DNA of 64,000 nucleotides from a virus (Duplodnaviria; Caudoviricetes): IMG/VR virus record IMGVR_UViG_3300042196_000418; one strand, 5' to 3'. Shown piece by piece: positions 32,437 to 43,659 of this stretch (position 1 is its first letter; each line of letters starts with the position of its first letter). The notes under the pieces were generated by a model. It saw only the letters and a program-made list of their open reading frames with translations, ran no database searches and was not told where the DNA came from. The position numbers and the translations under genes were made by a program.

Positions 32437-32855
32437 TGCGAGGCGCGGACGATATCCACCGCCTCTTCCAGAGTGCGGCGCAGGTCATCATGAACCCTGT
32501 GCTCCGGGACGGTATCGTCACTGGCGCAGACGGGCGGAAGGCCATCGACTATGCCGCCTGCGTGACCTTCGCGATCGAGTGCCCTCCAATCGACACTCCT
32601 TGTGCGCCAACGACGCGAGAGGCTGCCCTCCCCCAGATCCTGCTCCAGGGTCCCTTCAAGGGTGCGCCCACCCTTCAGGGAGTGGTCTTCTACATCGGCA
32701 TCGGTTTCATCACGCTTCGCGAGGTCAGTGCCAAGCGCTGCTCCTACGAGATAACCGGGATCAATGGCAATGGCCTCGAAGCGCGTCTCGCGTTCCTATT
32801 GGCAGCCCGTGACCTCTTCTTCAACGACGTACAGCTTGAGAGGAATCCCTCGTAG
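32433..32855 (+). CDS. Hypothetical protein, paralogue of 33241-33624
   Basis: Shared LFxSAA, LLxGPFxGxP, FYxGIGFI, AARDLFFxDV. Confidence 0.75.
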   Translation: MMRGADDIHRLFQSAAQVIMNPVLRDGIVTGADGRKAIDYAACVTFAIECPPIDTPCAPTTREAALPQILLQGPFKGAPTLQGVVFYIGIGFITLREVSAKRCSYEITGINGNGLEARLAFLLAARDLFFNDVQLERNPS

Positions 32856-32857
32856 CC

Positions 32858-33238
32858 ATGAGCAACCTTGCCGTGCCGAAGGACCTCGGCGATGCCGGTC
32901 GTCGTGCCTACGCGATCATCACGGCATACCTCCAAGAGCACGACTGCGCCGACACCGGCGGCTGCAAGGCGTTCTACTCGCCGGCCGAATGGAGCGCACG
33001 GAACGAAGCCTACGGCACGAAGTCGCATCTCGTTGTCGTGCACGGAGGGGCGATGCGCTCGGTGTTCAGCATGGACGCTGCGTACGACCTCGACTGCGCC
33101 GTCTACGAAGAGACCGGACAGCCACACGCGCCGTACTCGCTGTACGACGGCATGCAGGCGAAGCTCCGTGCGGCGGGACTCTACTTCGAGGAGTGCACCC
33201 GCGGGTATTGTGCGATCTACAGCGTTGAGGGCGCCTAA
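32858..33238 (+). CDS. Phage-type hypothetical protein
   Basis: TGGCKAFYSPAEWSARNEAYG...GLYFE. Confidence 0.75.
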   Translation: MSNLAVPKDLGDAGRRAYAIITAYLQEHDCADTGGCKAFYSPAEWSARNEAYGTKSHLVVVHGGAMRSVFSMDAAYDLDCAVYEETGQPHAPYSLYDGMQAKLRAAGLYFEECTRGYCAIYSVEGA

Positions 33239-33240
33239 CC

Positions 33241-33624
33241 GTGCCGAGACACGCCAACGACATCGACAACCTCTTCCGCAGCGCGGCAGAGGTCCTGGTC
33301 ACGCTGGAAGCGCAGCAGAAGTACGAGGCATGGGCCGACGCAATCGATGCCCCTGCGATGAGACCTTCTGTCCCGACGACGCGCGCGAATGCCGTCCCGG
33401 ACGTCCTGCTCCGCGGACCGTTCGAGGGGACCCCAGACCTGATCGCAGTGGCCTTCTACCCTGGCATCGGCTTCATCGAGATCAGCAAGCTTGACGTCGT
33501 GTACTGCACCTACTTGACAACGGTAATCGATGGGGACGGCATCCAGGAGCGCGATACGTTCCTGATGGCAGCCCGCGATCTCTTCTTCCACGACGTCAAG
33601 TTTCAACAGGAGATCCACGCGTGA
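33241..33624 (+). CDS. Hypothetical protein, paralogue of 32433-32855
   Basis: Same motifs as paralogue. Confidence 0.75.
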   Translation: MPRHANDIDNLFRSAAEVLVTLEAQQKYEAWADAIDAPAMRPSVPTTRANAVPDVLLRGPFEGTPDLIAVAFYPGIGFIEISKLDVVYCTYLTTVIDGDGIQERDTFLMAARDLFFHDVKFQQEIHA

Positions 33625-33968
33625 ACACGTCCACCTCCGTCCCCACCGAGCTGCTCGTCCTGTCCGGCAAGGGCATTCGCATCGGCCTTGTGGGCCACTA
33701 CGGCCTGTTCGATGAGACGCCGACCTTCGAGGCTGCGGTCAAGCTGGCCCGCGCGTACATCGCCAAGCACAACGGAAACGCCCGCGGATTCGTCGCGATC
33801 CGGATCGAGGCCGCGGTCATCGACGGCATCGGTGACGGTACCGATCGCGAGCTGGTCCGCTTCGAGGTCTACCCCGATCGTGTCGCACTGGTGCCGGTCG
33901 AACAGGGCGGCCTTTCCGATGCGCAGAAGGCGAAGGCACACGCACTGCCGAAGAAGGGACTGCTATGA
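33621..33968 (+). CDS. Hypothetical protein
   Basis: Coupled ORF. Confidence 0.7.
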   Translation: MNTSTSVPTELLVLSGKGIRIGLVGHYGLFDETPTFEAAVKLARAYIAKHNGNARGFVAIRIEAAVIDGIGDGTDRELVRFEVYPDRVALVPVEQGGLSDAQKAKAHALPKKGLL

Positions 33969-34468
33969 AAGAACAGTACCTGCGCGCGCTCGTGCGAATT
34001 TGCCGCCAGCTCGGCGGACGGCTCGCGATCGTCTCGCAGCAAGCGTACGACGACTTGTTCCACGATCGCGATGCCAAGCACATCGACGGCAATCTACATG
34101 ATTCTCCGTTCACGGCCGCGCACGGCCTGCACTGGAATCGCAAGATCATCTACACGGTCCGCGGACGCGAAGAGGTCGGCTCGATTATCCACGAGATGGG
34201 CCACGTATTCGCCGACGTGCATCATCCCGAGCATGTTGAGTGTCGCGAATGGAGCTGGCTCGGTTGGGAGATCGCGCTCGCGCGTCAAATCGGAGCGGGA
34301 CGCACGTGGTCGCGACAGAACGGCGACTACGTCACCGGTGAGACCGGATGTAACGAATGGGGGACGCTCACCGCAAAGCAGCGCCGCGCCGTCGTCTCCG
34401 ATCGCCTCGCCTGTGCGCGTACGATCGGCGTATTCGACGCTGCCGGTATTCCGAGGAGCATCCGATGA
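33965..34468 (+). CDS. HEXXH zincin-motif protein
   Basis: IIHEMGHVF followed by E...WE. Confidence 0.65.
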   Translation: MKEQYLRALVRICRQLGGRLAIVSQQAYDDLFHDRDAKHIDGNLHDSPFTAAHGLHWNRKIIYTVRGREEVGSIIHEMGHVFADVHHPEHVECREWSWLGWEIALARQIGAGRTWSRQNGDYVTGETGCNEWGTLTAKQRRAVVSDRLACARTIGVFDAAGIPRSIR

Positions 34469-37400
34469 CCGCCGAAGAAGGCCCTCTTGTGATGCGACGT
34501 CAGCCACCGTGCGCGCCGTATTATCTCATCACCAACATCGCCAACGTGACGCTCACGGGCGGCACCCCGAACGTCTACGGATCCACGGACGTGCACCTCC
34601 ACGTCTCAGCGATCCTCCTTGCGCGTGAGGAACACTCCGTGCGCGATAAAGCCACGTGCCGGATCCGTCTCTTCGGTCCTGACGCCGCGTGGCCGATCAC
34701 CGAACTCGCCGCCACGTCGCTCGACCACACGATCACTTCGATCCCCTGCGATATACCTGGCGTGGTCGTGATCCAGAGCCTCTACGCCTTGCGCGTCGAC
34801 AGTCGCTGGAACCTCAAGCTCCGCACCGAGTCGGAAGACGGAGCGCCACCCGAGGTCACCGCGTATCCAGACGGTACGCCGATCGAAAACGTCTGGCAGG
34901 ACCTGCGTGCGAAGGTTGCCAAGCACTGGTCGGCTCCCAACATGCCCATCCTCGAATGGGTACCGGCTGACTACGTGAGGCAGCTGCGCAAGACCGTGAA
35001 GGAATCGTAAATGCCCAGTAACTGCATGACCCGCATCTTCACGCTCGAATACGAACACACGTGGCCAGTAGAGCGCTGGTCTGATGATCTCATTCTCGCG
35101 CCTGATGTCCCACAGGAGATCTGGGGAGAGGACGCTGGGAAGCCAACGGGCCAAAGGTTTTTGCGTGACGTATCGGCTGTGCGGAATCACGAGCACGCTT
35201 GGGAGATCGTACGTTCTGACGCTCGCCCTGGTTTCGGAACCGTCCTGCACTCGGTGACGCCGCAAACGCACGAGTACGTCAGCCAAGGGTTCCGCAGGAA
35301 GGATCACCGTGCCCCGTAACTGGTGTCCGCCATCGCGCCGTGGCCACACATGGCAAGAGCTGCCTCTCGTACCGCCGTCGCAAGGCGGCCCGAACATCCG
35401 CCAACTGTTCGCGCTGCGCCGATGCGCACGCTGCCAGGCGCTCGGGCGCGTGAACAAGAACGGCCTCATCGACGTCGTGGAGAAGCCGTGAAAAGGAAGC
35501 GCCACGCCAAACGTACGATCGTCGTCGACGGCGTCACGTACACCTGGAAGTACGGCGACTGGGTCGAGATCCGTCGCGGTCGTGCCGTCGTGTTCCGGCG
35601 TCCCATCACCGACATCCTCGGCATCACGTGGGAGGCCCTAGAGCGCGGAGAGCGCAAAGGCTACGGCTTTCCGCTCACCCCCAAGCGCGTGGCCGCACTG
35701 ATCAAGGAACTACCATGACCCTCACCGACTCCGACGTGCGCACCATCATCCACGAGCTGCTCGACAGCAAGAGCGTGCCCACCCACGATCGCACGCGCTA
35801 CGTGCGTGAGAACCGGAACTCGGTCGCGTTCCTGCGCGCGCTCCCGGCCCTCGTCGATCGCTACCTCAAGATCGTCGACCCGCCGCGCACATGCCAGGTC
35901 GAGCACGACCACTGGGAGGGACCGATGATCTGCGGCAACACGCTGCCCTGCTCGCGACACGGAGGGCGCTGATTTCATGAGCCGGAAGAAACCGCCATCG
36001 AGCTTTCCTGCGCGTAGCGTCGTGTTCACGAACCTCGACCACGTGGTTGTTCGTGGCCTCAGGCTGACGTGCCAAACGATTGTGATCAACGACGATCCCG
36101 ATCTGAACGAGGGAAAAGAACGCCGCTTTCGTCTCGACGGCTACGGCACGACCTGCGTATGGCACGTCTTCTCGATGACGTTGCGATCGAACAAGCACAA
36201 ATGGGCGCCGATCGCCACTCCCAAGGGCGGCCCGTCGTTGCGCGGTGTGCTGCATGTCGATGCGAACGATGCAGAAGGATTCACAAGCCTCCAACTCGTG
36301 ACTCGAGATTGGGATCGCGGCGTCCGCGTTCAGAGCTTCACCGGCAGTTGGACGCCGCGGCCCGACAACGCGGCGGACGCTGATGCCCCGACGGACTGGC
36401 ACGACTACAACCAACGCGTCATGCGTTGCGTCTTCGAGCAGAGCTGCGCCGAAACGTCCGCGCCGAACATGCTCATCGCACTAGCGATGCCGCCTGACAC
36501 AGCGCGCCGGTTGCTCGATGCCGATGGCTCATCGTTCCGCTCACTGCCCAATCACTAGATGTCAAAGAACCTCAACATGCCGCGCTTCCAGCTCAAAGTC
36601 TGGACCTCTCCGAAAGGAGTACGCCTCCCCGTGGGCTTCGGAATGCTCGTCGGTATGACCCACATCAGTGCGACGGTCATCGGAGCCAACACAGTTCAGT
36701 TCGTGCGCTTCACCATCGATGAATGGAACAAGCTTCCGATCTTTTGGTTCAAGGAAGATGGCGTGTATGACGGCCCGCGGCAATCCACGGAGATCCCTCC
36801 CCCTGCCAAGAAAGCAAGGAAAGACAGTCATTGATGACGAAGATCTGGCTCGACTGGTCTGACGGTCGCTACTCGACCCGCCTGCTCACTGACGAAGAGG
36901 CGCAGGAGCGTGAGGCCATGAACCTCGACGTCGCGTACGTCGAAGACACGATCTGGCAGGCGTACCTCCGTGACTGCGAGCGCGACGCCATCTGGCAGGC
37001 GTACTGGCGAGCCATCAGCAACGAACACTACATGCGTCGGCGCGAGAAAGAGCTGCAACCTCTCGAGGACGCCCAGCGCGAGATCGAACGCCTCAAGTAC
37101 GAGTTGGCGACAGCCAAGCGCATGGAAGCGTTCTACGAGGAGCAATACGCGAAGAACCTCAGAGATCGACACCGCGAGAAGTACGTCGAATACACCTGCA
37201 TTTTTCCTCAGCCCGGCTGCAAGATCGAAGTCCTCCGGCCCGAGTGGCAGGAGAGAGCGCAGGAAATCATGGAGCAGTACAACGCGGCACGCATGGAGGG
37301 CAGCCTAAAGTATCAGGGCTGCTGCTGCGGCCACGAGCACAAGCTGCTCGATGCCGTGGAAGCCGGCATGCTCCGCGCCGCAGGCTTTCTCGTCGAGAAC

Positions 37401-38200
37401 GCCACGGAGGTCGTGTAACACGTGTCATCTCCGACGGAAGCCACGCACGTCCGTGCGACGCATCGCTACTATCCGAGTCGCGTACGCTTCGTCGGTACGA
37501 TCCCCCACGGCAGAAACTTGCGTGAGATTGCGATCGACGTCGATCCCGAGCTGATCCTACGCATCGCAGACGCCCTTCGGGCGACGGACGGCGGTCGGAA
37601 ATGCTTCTGGGTTGGTGGAAATGGTCCTCGCCATCCCAACCCGTACGGGAACATCGGCCACGCGCTGTGGCACGTGGAGAACCCCGATCACCCAATGCCT
37701 TGCATCGATCACTCGACCGTCATCGACGTCGGCTCACTCCCCGCAGGAACCCCGGAGGACAAGTGAAACTCTTGGTCCCGGAGCGAACGGCGTTGTCGCA
37801 GATCCGCATGGCCCGACCGCATCGAGGAAGGTCTGAAATGTGCCAGGACTGCTGCGCCTACGAGTACAAACTGCTCGACAACGCGGCAGCTCAGAAGCTC
37901 CGCGACGCAGGCTTTCTCGTCGAGTACGACACCGAGACCCAGTAAAGAGGAGCCGAGGAAATGATCACCGCGTTCATGTCTGACAACGAGTTGCACGGCG
38001 TCTACGTCATCCGCCGGGAAGGGTTGACGAAGATTCGCGCGGGAGGCTTCTGCGGCAAAGAGGACGACGCCGGCCCTGGCGTCTACCAGGTCCCCGAGTG
38101 GGCGTTCGACGGGCGGCCCACGTACGGCCCGCCCGGTGGAGAGATCACCGTATGCGCCAAGTGCTCGCACACCGTCGTGTCCCTGAAGCACCCCAGGTGA
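34465..38200 (+). other. Run of CDS: 34465-35010, 35011-35319, 35309-35491, 35488-35718, 35715-35972, 35977-36558, 36559-36834, 36831-37418, 37422-37766, 37763-37945, 37961-38200
   Basis: Abutting or overlapping ORFs; no function recognised. Confidence 0.65.
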
Positions 38201-39705
38201 TGCTGATGTCCACCACCTCCGACGACGAGCGAACCGGGCCGAAGCTCTCCGATCCAACCACGATCGATGCGGAGAACCCGTTCGGCTCGACCGACGAAGG
38301 CACCAAGGTTGACATTGAGCGGCAGACCCAGCTGACGTTGGAGCCGCAGACCTCGCTCGTGCGCCGAAATAGCTTCCGCGAGCTGCCGCCCGGATCGGTC
38401 GTCGGCGATACCTACGAGATCGACGCGCGCCTCGGAGCAGGTGCCATGGGCGAGGTCTACGCGGCGAGGCACGTCAACCTCGGCAAGCGCGTCGCGATCA
38501 AGGTGATCGGCCAGCGCCTCTCCGATGACGCCGACGCGATCGAGCGCTTCACGATGGAGGCGCGCACGCTCGCGCAGATCCAGCACCCTGCGATCGTGGC
38601 TGTCGAGCACGTCGGAGAGCTGGCCGACGGACGCGCGTATTTCGTGATGGAGTTCTTGCGCGGGGAGTCGCTGTTCGAAAGACTCCAGCGTGGTCGCGTG
38701 TCATTGCCCGAGGCACTTCGCATCCTCGACCAAATGGCGCGCGGACTCGACGCTGCACACGGCGAGGGAGTTACCCACCGCGATCTCAAGCCGGAGAACA
38801 CGTTCTTGGTTCAGTTGCCCGGCGAACCGCCGACCATCAAGCTCCTCGACTTTGGCTTGGCGAAGCTTGCCGCGGACCACGCTGGCCACGCCGACGTCGA
38901 TCGTCGTGCAGAGCGCACGCAGAGCGGCGTCGCGATCGGCACGCCGATGTACATGTCCCCCGAGCAGATGCGCGGCCCTGACGTCGATCACCGCACCGAC
39001 ATCTATGCGCTCGGCTGCGTCGCGTACGAGCTGGTGCTCGGTGTCCCGCCCTTCGCACACGCCAAGACCACGCCTGAGCTCTACGCGGCGCACCTGCACG
39101 AAGCACCCCCGCTACCGAGATCGATCTGGCCGGAGATTCCTCCGCAGCTCGACCTCGCGCTGTTCGCGTTGCTCGCCAAGGATCCGGCGCACCGCCCCAC
39201 ACTCGCGCAGTTCCGGGCAGTCATCGCAGGCACACGAGTGACGACACCGTCGCAACGTGCGGCCACCGAGTTCGTCGGCCCTCGCGCGCCGATCACGACG
39301 GCACGGAAGCTGACCATCCTGACGGTCATGGTGATCGCGATTGCCGCCCTGATCGGCGGAATCTCGATCGGAATGAAGCTGCTCTCCGTGTCGAAAGGTC
39401 CGCCATCCCCGACCGCACCGATCACACCCACTGCACCGAAGATCGCGTCGCCGGCAGTGCTGCCGCCAGACGTGCCCGCACCCTCGCCCGTCAAGACTCC
39501 GCGCGTCGCGGAGCCGGTGCGATCGCCATCGGCACCGTCGCGTGGAACGAAAGGTGGCAACAGCTCGAAAAAGCCGCCGACTGTGCCGCAAAACGTTGCC
39601 AGCGACGCCGGGGTCGAGCCCGATCCTTCACAGGCACCGAAGTATCCACCCGTTGTCGATCGCAACCAGACCATCAACCCGTTCAAGCGCAAGGTGAGCC
39701 CGTGA
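38200..39705 (+). CDS. Hanks-type Ser/Thr protein kinase with TM helix and Pro-rich tail
   Basis: LGAGAMGEVY, VAIK, HRDLKPEN, DFGLAK, GTPMYMSPEQ, DIYALG; TM LTILTVMVIAIAALIGGISIG. Confidence 0.95.
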   Translation: MLMSTTSDDERTGPKLSDPTTIDAENPFGSTDEGTKVDIERQTQLTLEPQTSLVRRNSFRELPPGSVVGDTYEIDARLGAGAMGEVYAARHVNLGKRVAIKVIGQRLSDDADAIERFTMEARTLAQIQHPAIVAVEHVGELADGRAYFVMEFLRGESLFERLQRGRVSLPEALRILDQMARGLDAAHGEGVTHRDLKPENTFLVQLPGEPPTIKLLDFGLAKLAADHAGHADVDRRAERTQSGVAIGTPMYMSPEQMRGPDVDHRTDIYALGCVAYELVLGVPPFAHAKTTPELYAAHLHEAPPLPRSIWPEIPPQLDLALFALLAKDPAHRPTLAQFRAVIAGTRVTTPSQRAATEFVGPRAPITTARKLTILTVMVIAIAALIGGISIGMKLLSVSKGPPSPTAPITPTAPKIASPAVLPPDVPAPSPVKTPRVAEPVRSPSAPSRGTKGGNSSKKPPTVPQNVASDAGVEPDPSQAPKYPPVVDRNQTINPFKRKVSP

Positions 39706-40614
39706 CCTACGAAGATCTTCTCAATCGCATCATCGCCGACGGTATCGCGGAGGTCCGCGTGGCATACGACGACCCCAAGGAACATCACAAGCGTGACGGC
39801 GCGATCGAAGGCTTCGAAGCGTGCAGCGGCAAAACGCCGAACGACCTCGTGGCCCTATGGACAGAGGCCGAGCGGAGAGCGGCTCAGCTCATGCGAAACA
39901 CGACGAGCCTTCCACCACTAGATCACGTACTTGGTGGTGGTCTTATGGTGCCGGCCGTCGTAGGACTCCCACGTGATCGTCAGGAGACCTCATCCAGCGA
40001 GGCACAGGATTACGTACGACAGCGCTACAAGGCGCTGCAAATCGAATTTGTTTTGAACGTCCTTTCGATCGCCCTAGAAAAGCCGTTGCTGGCGCACCTG
40101 CCGACCGCGCGCGGCTCCATGAAGTACGCCGCGATGGTCGCCGCGTACGCCGCGATCGTCAACGTACGCGACGAAGGCGTCAGCGCGTGAAGCTCATAAT
40201 CTACCAGCCCGGTGGTGAGCCGATCGAGATCGAAGCCCATCGTGTCCGCGTGCTGTGCGGGCTCGATCACTTCGAGATGCGTGAGCAATCCGGGCTGCTC
40301 GTTCGACTCGAAGAGCACGCCGGTAACCTCACGTCGGAACTCGCCGTGTTCCCGAACGGCGGGAACACCGTACGGTTGAAAGGAGGACTTCGATGAAGAT
40401 CAAAAGCGGAAACGAACTCGACTGGGAGATGGCGCTCAAAGCCGCACAGGACCTCGTCAAGCAGTGCGAGGCCGCCTTCTACGCGCCACCCGAAGCGGTC
40501 AGCTCCCATTTCGTTCACGTCAACCGTGTCTGCGTCGCAATGGACGCGATCGTCGACGCCCTCAAGCTCCAGCACGGGTCGGGCAACCCACCGACGCGTG
40601 TGGAGTCACCATGA
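39702..40614 (+). other. Three coupled CDS: 39702-40190, 40187-40396, 40393-40614
   Basis: Overlaps; hypothetical. Confidence 0.7.
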
Positions 40615-41372
40615 AGACCGCGCTGATCATCGTCTGCGTGATCACCACTGTCTCGGCCACCGCACGCGCGCAGCCCAGCGCAGAGGAGCTCTACACGGAA
40701 GGACAGACAGCCTACGACCACGGTGACTACGCGACGGCGGTCGTGAAGTGGCAGGCAGCCTACGATCTGTCGAAGGCGAGCGGCCTGCTCTTCAACCTCG
40801 CTCAAGCCAAGCGCCTCTCGGGCAACTGCGTCGGCGCGGTCGCGACCTACCGCCGCTTCATTACGGACGACCCAGATTCTACGTCCGAGCAGCACAAGCT
40901 CGCCAAGGATCTCGCGCTCGAGCTAGAGGGGAAGTGCCCGACGCAAACGGCTGTGCTGCCACCACCGAAGGTGGTCAACGATCCAACGTCAGGTAACGGA
41001 GCCCAAGGGCGGAGCGCCCCTACCGTGGTCACCACGCAGTCAGGCCGGCCGTGGAAGCTTGCCGGCCTCGTCACGGGCGGTGCCGGCGTCGTGGTGTTTG
41101 CTGTCGGGTTGGGCCTCGGGAGCCACGGCGCCTCGATCGGCGACGAGGTGACCACCGCGTGCCGGGCGAGCTGCGACTGGGCAGCGTTGAAGGACAAGGA
41201 CGCGCGGGGGAAGCGCGCGGTCACGATCGGCAAGGTGCTCGACGGCGTCGGCGTAGCCGCGATCGCCGGTGGAGCCGTCTTCTACTTCCTTGGCGTCCAC
41301 AAAGAAACGCTCACGATCACGCCCGCCCCAGGCGGTGGTGGGGGCGTCGTTTCATGGAGAGCTTCATGGTGA
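40611..41372 (+). CDS. Secreted/membrane TPR protein, myxobacterial type
   Basis: Signal peptide ending ARA; TPR AEELYTEGQTAYDHGDYATA...LLFNLAQA; C-terminal Gly-rich hydrophobic helices. Confidence 0.8.
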   Translation: MKTALIIVCVITTVSATARAQPSAEELYTEGQTAYDHGDYATAVVKWQAAYDLSKASGLLFNLAQAKRLSGNCVGAVATYRRFITDDPDSTSEQHKLAKDLALELEGKCPTQTAVLPPPKVVNDPTSGNGAQGRSAPTVVTTQSGRPWKLAGLVTGGAGVVVFAVGLGLGSHGASIGDEVTTACRASCDWAALKDKDARGKRAVTIGKVLDGVGVAAIAGGAVFYFLGVHKETLTITPAPGGGGGVVSWRASW

Positions 41373-42352
41373 GATTACTCGCAGCGCTTTCGATCGTCCT
41401 CTCCGCGTGCGCGTACGACGCGAGCTACGGAGACTGCGCAGTCCACTGCACGACCGACTCGGGATGCCCGGACGGCCTGACCTGCGGACCTGAGAACCTG
41501 TGCCGCACCGCGGACGCGGAAGCGTGCCTGCTGCCGAACGATGGCACAGGCGGCACGATCACCCACGTCGACGGCCGCACCATCCACATGTTCTCGGCAA
41601 GCCAGTCGGGCTCGACGTTCGAGGCACCGTCGGACATGGCAAACGTCGAGCTGCTGGTCGTTGCAGGTGGCGGTGGCGGTGGCTCGACGCGCGGTGGCGG
41701 CGGAGGTGGCGGCGGTGGCGTAATGCACACGGCAAGCTACGCGATCACACAACCGTCGTACGTAGTCATGGTCGGCTACGGCGGCGCGCCGTCCATGAAC
41801 GGCGGCAGCTCGACGTTCGGGACGATCACGACGGTTGGCGGCGGAGCCGGTCGGGCTAGTGCCTCGGCAGATGGTGGAAGCGGCGGAGGTGCGAGTCATG
41901 ACACGAACGACGGTCCCGCTGGCTTTGGAACTTCCGGTCAAGGCAATCGTGGCGGGTTGAACGGCTCTTACAACCTCAGCAGCCTGACCTTCATGGGAGC
42001 TGGAGGTGGAGGTGCGGGCGGAGGCGGAGAAAACGGCACTCCGGGTGCTGGTGGAACAGGTGGTCCTGGATTGGCCTTCGCAATCTCCGGCACGCCGAGC
42101 TACTACGGGGGCGGTGGAGGCGGCGGAGATCAGGACCTCGGGAGCCACGGACTCTCTCCGGGCATCGGTGGCATCGGTGGTGGTGGCGACGGTGGCCTCA
42201 ATTCAATGGGCAAAGATGCAGTAAACGGGACTGGTGGCGGTGGCGGCGGTGGCGGCGGTGGCGACGTCAACGACAACTTCTACAAAGGCGGTCGCGGCGG
42301 CGACGGCGTCGTGTTTGTCAGCTACGTGACCGCACTGGTGAACGGGAACTAG
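41366..42352 (+). CDS. Lipoprotein with Cys-rich module and glycine-rich domain
   Basis: Lipobox LSAC; CTTDSGCPDGLTC; VELLVVAGGGGGG...GGDGVVFVSY. Confidence 0.8.
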   Translation: MVRLLAALSIVLSACAYDASYGDCAVHCTTDSGCPDGLTCGPENLCRTADAEACLLPNDGTGGTITHVDGRTIHMFSASQSGSTFEAPSDMANVELLVVAGGGGGGSTRGGGGGGGGGVMHTASYAITQPSYVVMVGYGGAPSMNGGSSTFGTITTVGGGAGRASASADGGSGGGASHDTNDGPAGFGTSGQGNRGGLNGSYNLSSLTFMGAGGGGAGGGGENGTPGAGGTGGPGLAFAISGTPSYYGGGGGGGDQDLGSHGLSPGIGGIGGGGDGGLNSMGKDAVNGTGGGGGGGGGGDVNDNFYKGGRGGDGVVFVSYVTALVNGN

Positions 42353-42647
42353 CAGCTCGAAATGTCCCTTCTTCGAGGACAGCCCCCTCAAGACCTTCGG
42401 CGGCATCCTCGTGAAAGCACTCATGGCCGAGTCAAAGACCGGGCTCTGCAACCTTCTACCGTCCGGTGAATTCCTGCCCACCACCGACCTCAAGCCCGGC
42501 CTTCCGCCCGGACCACAGCGCAACGCAGAGGAGCCACGATTCGCCAAGGCACGATCGCGACGCGTCGTCTACGACAAGCAGCTGATCCCGGACGACTGCC
42601 CGCTCAGGCAAGACGACTGGACAGTCACGATCACAGACGACAACTGA
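42342..42647 (+). CDS. Hypothetical Cys-motif protein, 5' end unclear
   Basis: Frame open from 42342 (KCPFF...IPDDCPL) but first start codon is at 42411. Confidence 0.45.
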   Translation, partial: TGTSSSKCPFFEDSPLKTFGGILVKALMAESKTGLCNLLPSGEFLPTTDLKPGLPPGPQRNAEEPRFAKARSRRVVYDKQLIPDDCPLRQDDWTVTITDDN

Positions 42648-42944
42648 TGGCGCCACGACACTCACCGCGTTGGCAAGTTCCAGCTCGACAGCGCGCAACG
42701 CAGGAGAACGTTCCAGCACCCCTGCATGTAACAGCGTGCGAGGACGTTCCAGCGCGCGCGATCGTTCCAACTCGGCTGCAAGCAGCTCGAGCACAGCGAT
42801 GTCATCAGCAGTGGCGTTACGCATGAAGTCCAAGTCCAAAAACCAGAGGGACCTTCTACCACGCACCGCCGCCATTGCCGATGCGGCGCAGATCTCCAGC
42901 GGTGACGTGCTGGGGAAGTCGGGACTGATCTTCATGCAGGAGCG

Positions 42945-43603
42945 TTGATGCCCGGACCAAAACACATGCGGAAGCCACTGCCCGAGTACCGGGTTATCAA
43001 GGACGCACGTGTCATTCGGGTGCACGCGCTCGGATCCGCCGAGTCGACGGCATGGCCGTGGCCGTTCTCTGTCGACAAGGATGGCAACGATGCGCATGAC
43101 GACGCTGCGCACCGCGCCCGCTACGCGCCGCATCTGCTGACCAAGGCGGACGCGATGGAGCTTGCTGGGATCGCCGACGCCTACAAGACCCTGATCACCC
43201 ATCCGGCCTCAAGCATGCGCGACATGGTCCGCACGCTGCACCGCATCTTCTGTAAAGAGTTCCGGTGAAGCTTGCCGACGTGATGCGATCTTCAACACGG
43301 CGCCTACTACCCGCCGAGCTACGGGACGGTCGCTACGTAAAGCCCTGCGCCCTCCTGGAGATCGAGCAGCTCTGGGCCGGCAGACGCGAGGTCTGGACGA
43401 AGTCTCATGGGCGGGCAACCTGCTACCACGTCATGGTCGATAGTGCGGTTGCTGCCTGCCGACCGTTCCGACATGACCGCTGGAGCTACTACAACGGCAT
43501 CATTATCTGCGAAGCTACGCTAGTGCCGATCGGCCAGGTTCCTTCGCACATGCTCTGCCGACGCAACGGATGTCGGCAGATCTTCGACGCGTTCTTGACC
43601 TGA
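42945..43603 (+). other. Two coupled CDS: 42945-43268, 43265-43603
   Basis: AGGAG SD; GTGA overlap. Confidence 0.65.
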
Positions 43604-43659
43604 AACTCGCGCCACCATGCACGTTCACCTACGATCAGTCCCAGAGACACGCACGAGCC

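Noticed and set aside
42640-42940. Gene call on either strand
   Set aside because: Plus ORF looks like an antisense pattern and the minus ORF overlaps neighbours heavily; cannot decide
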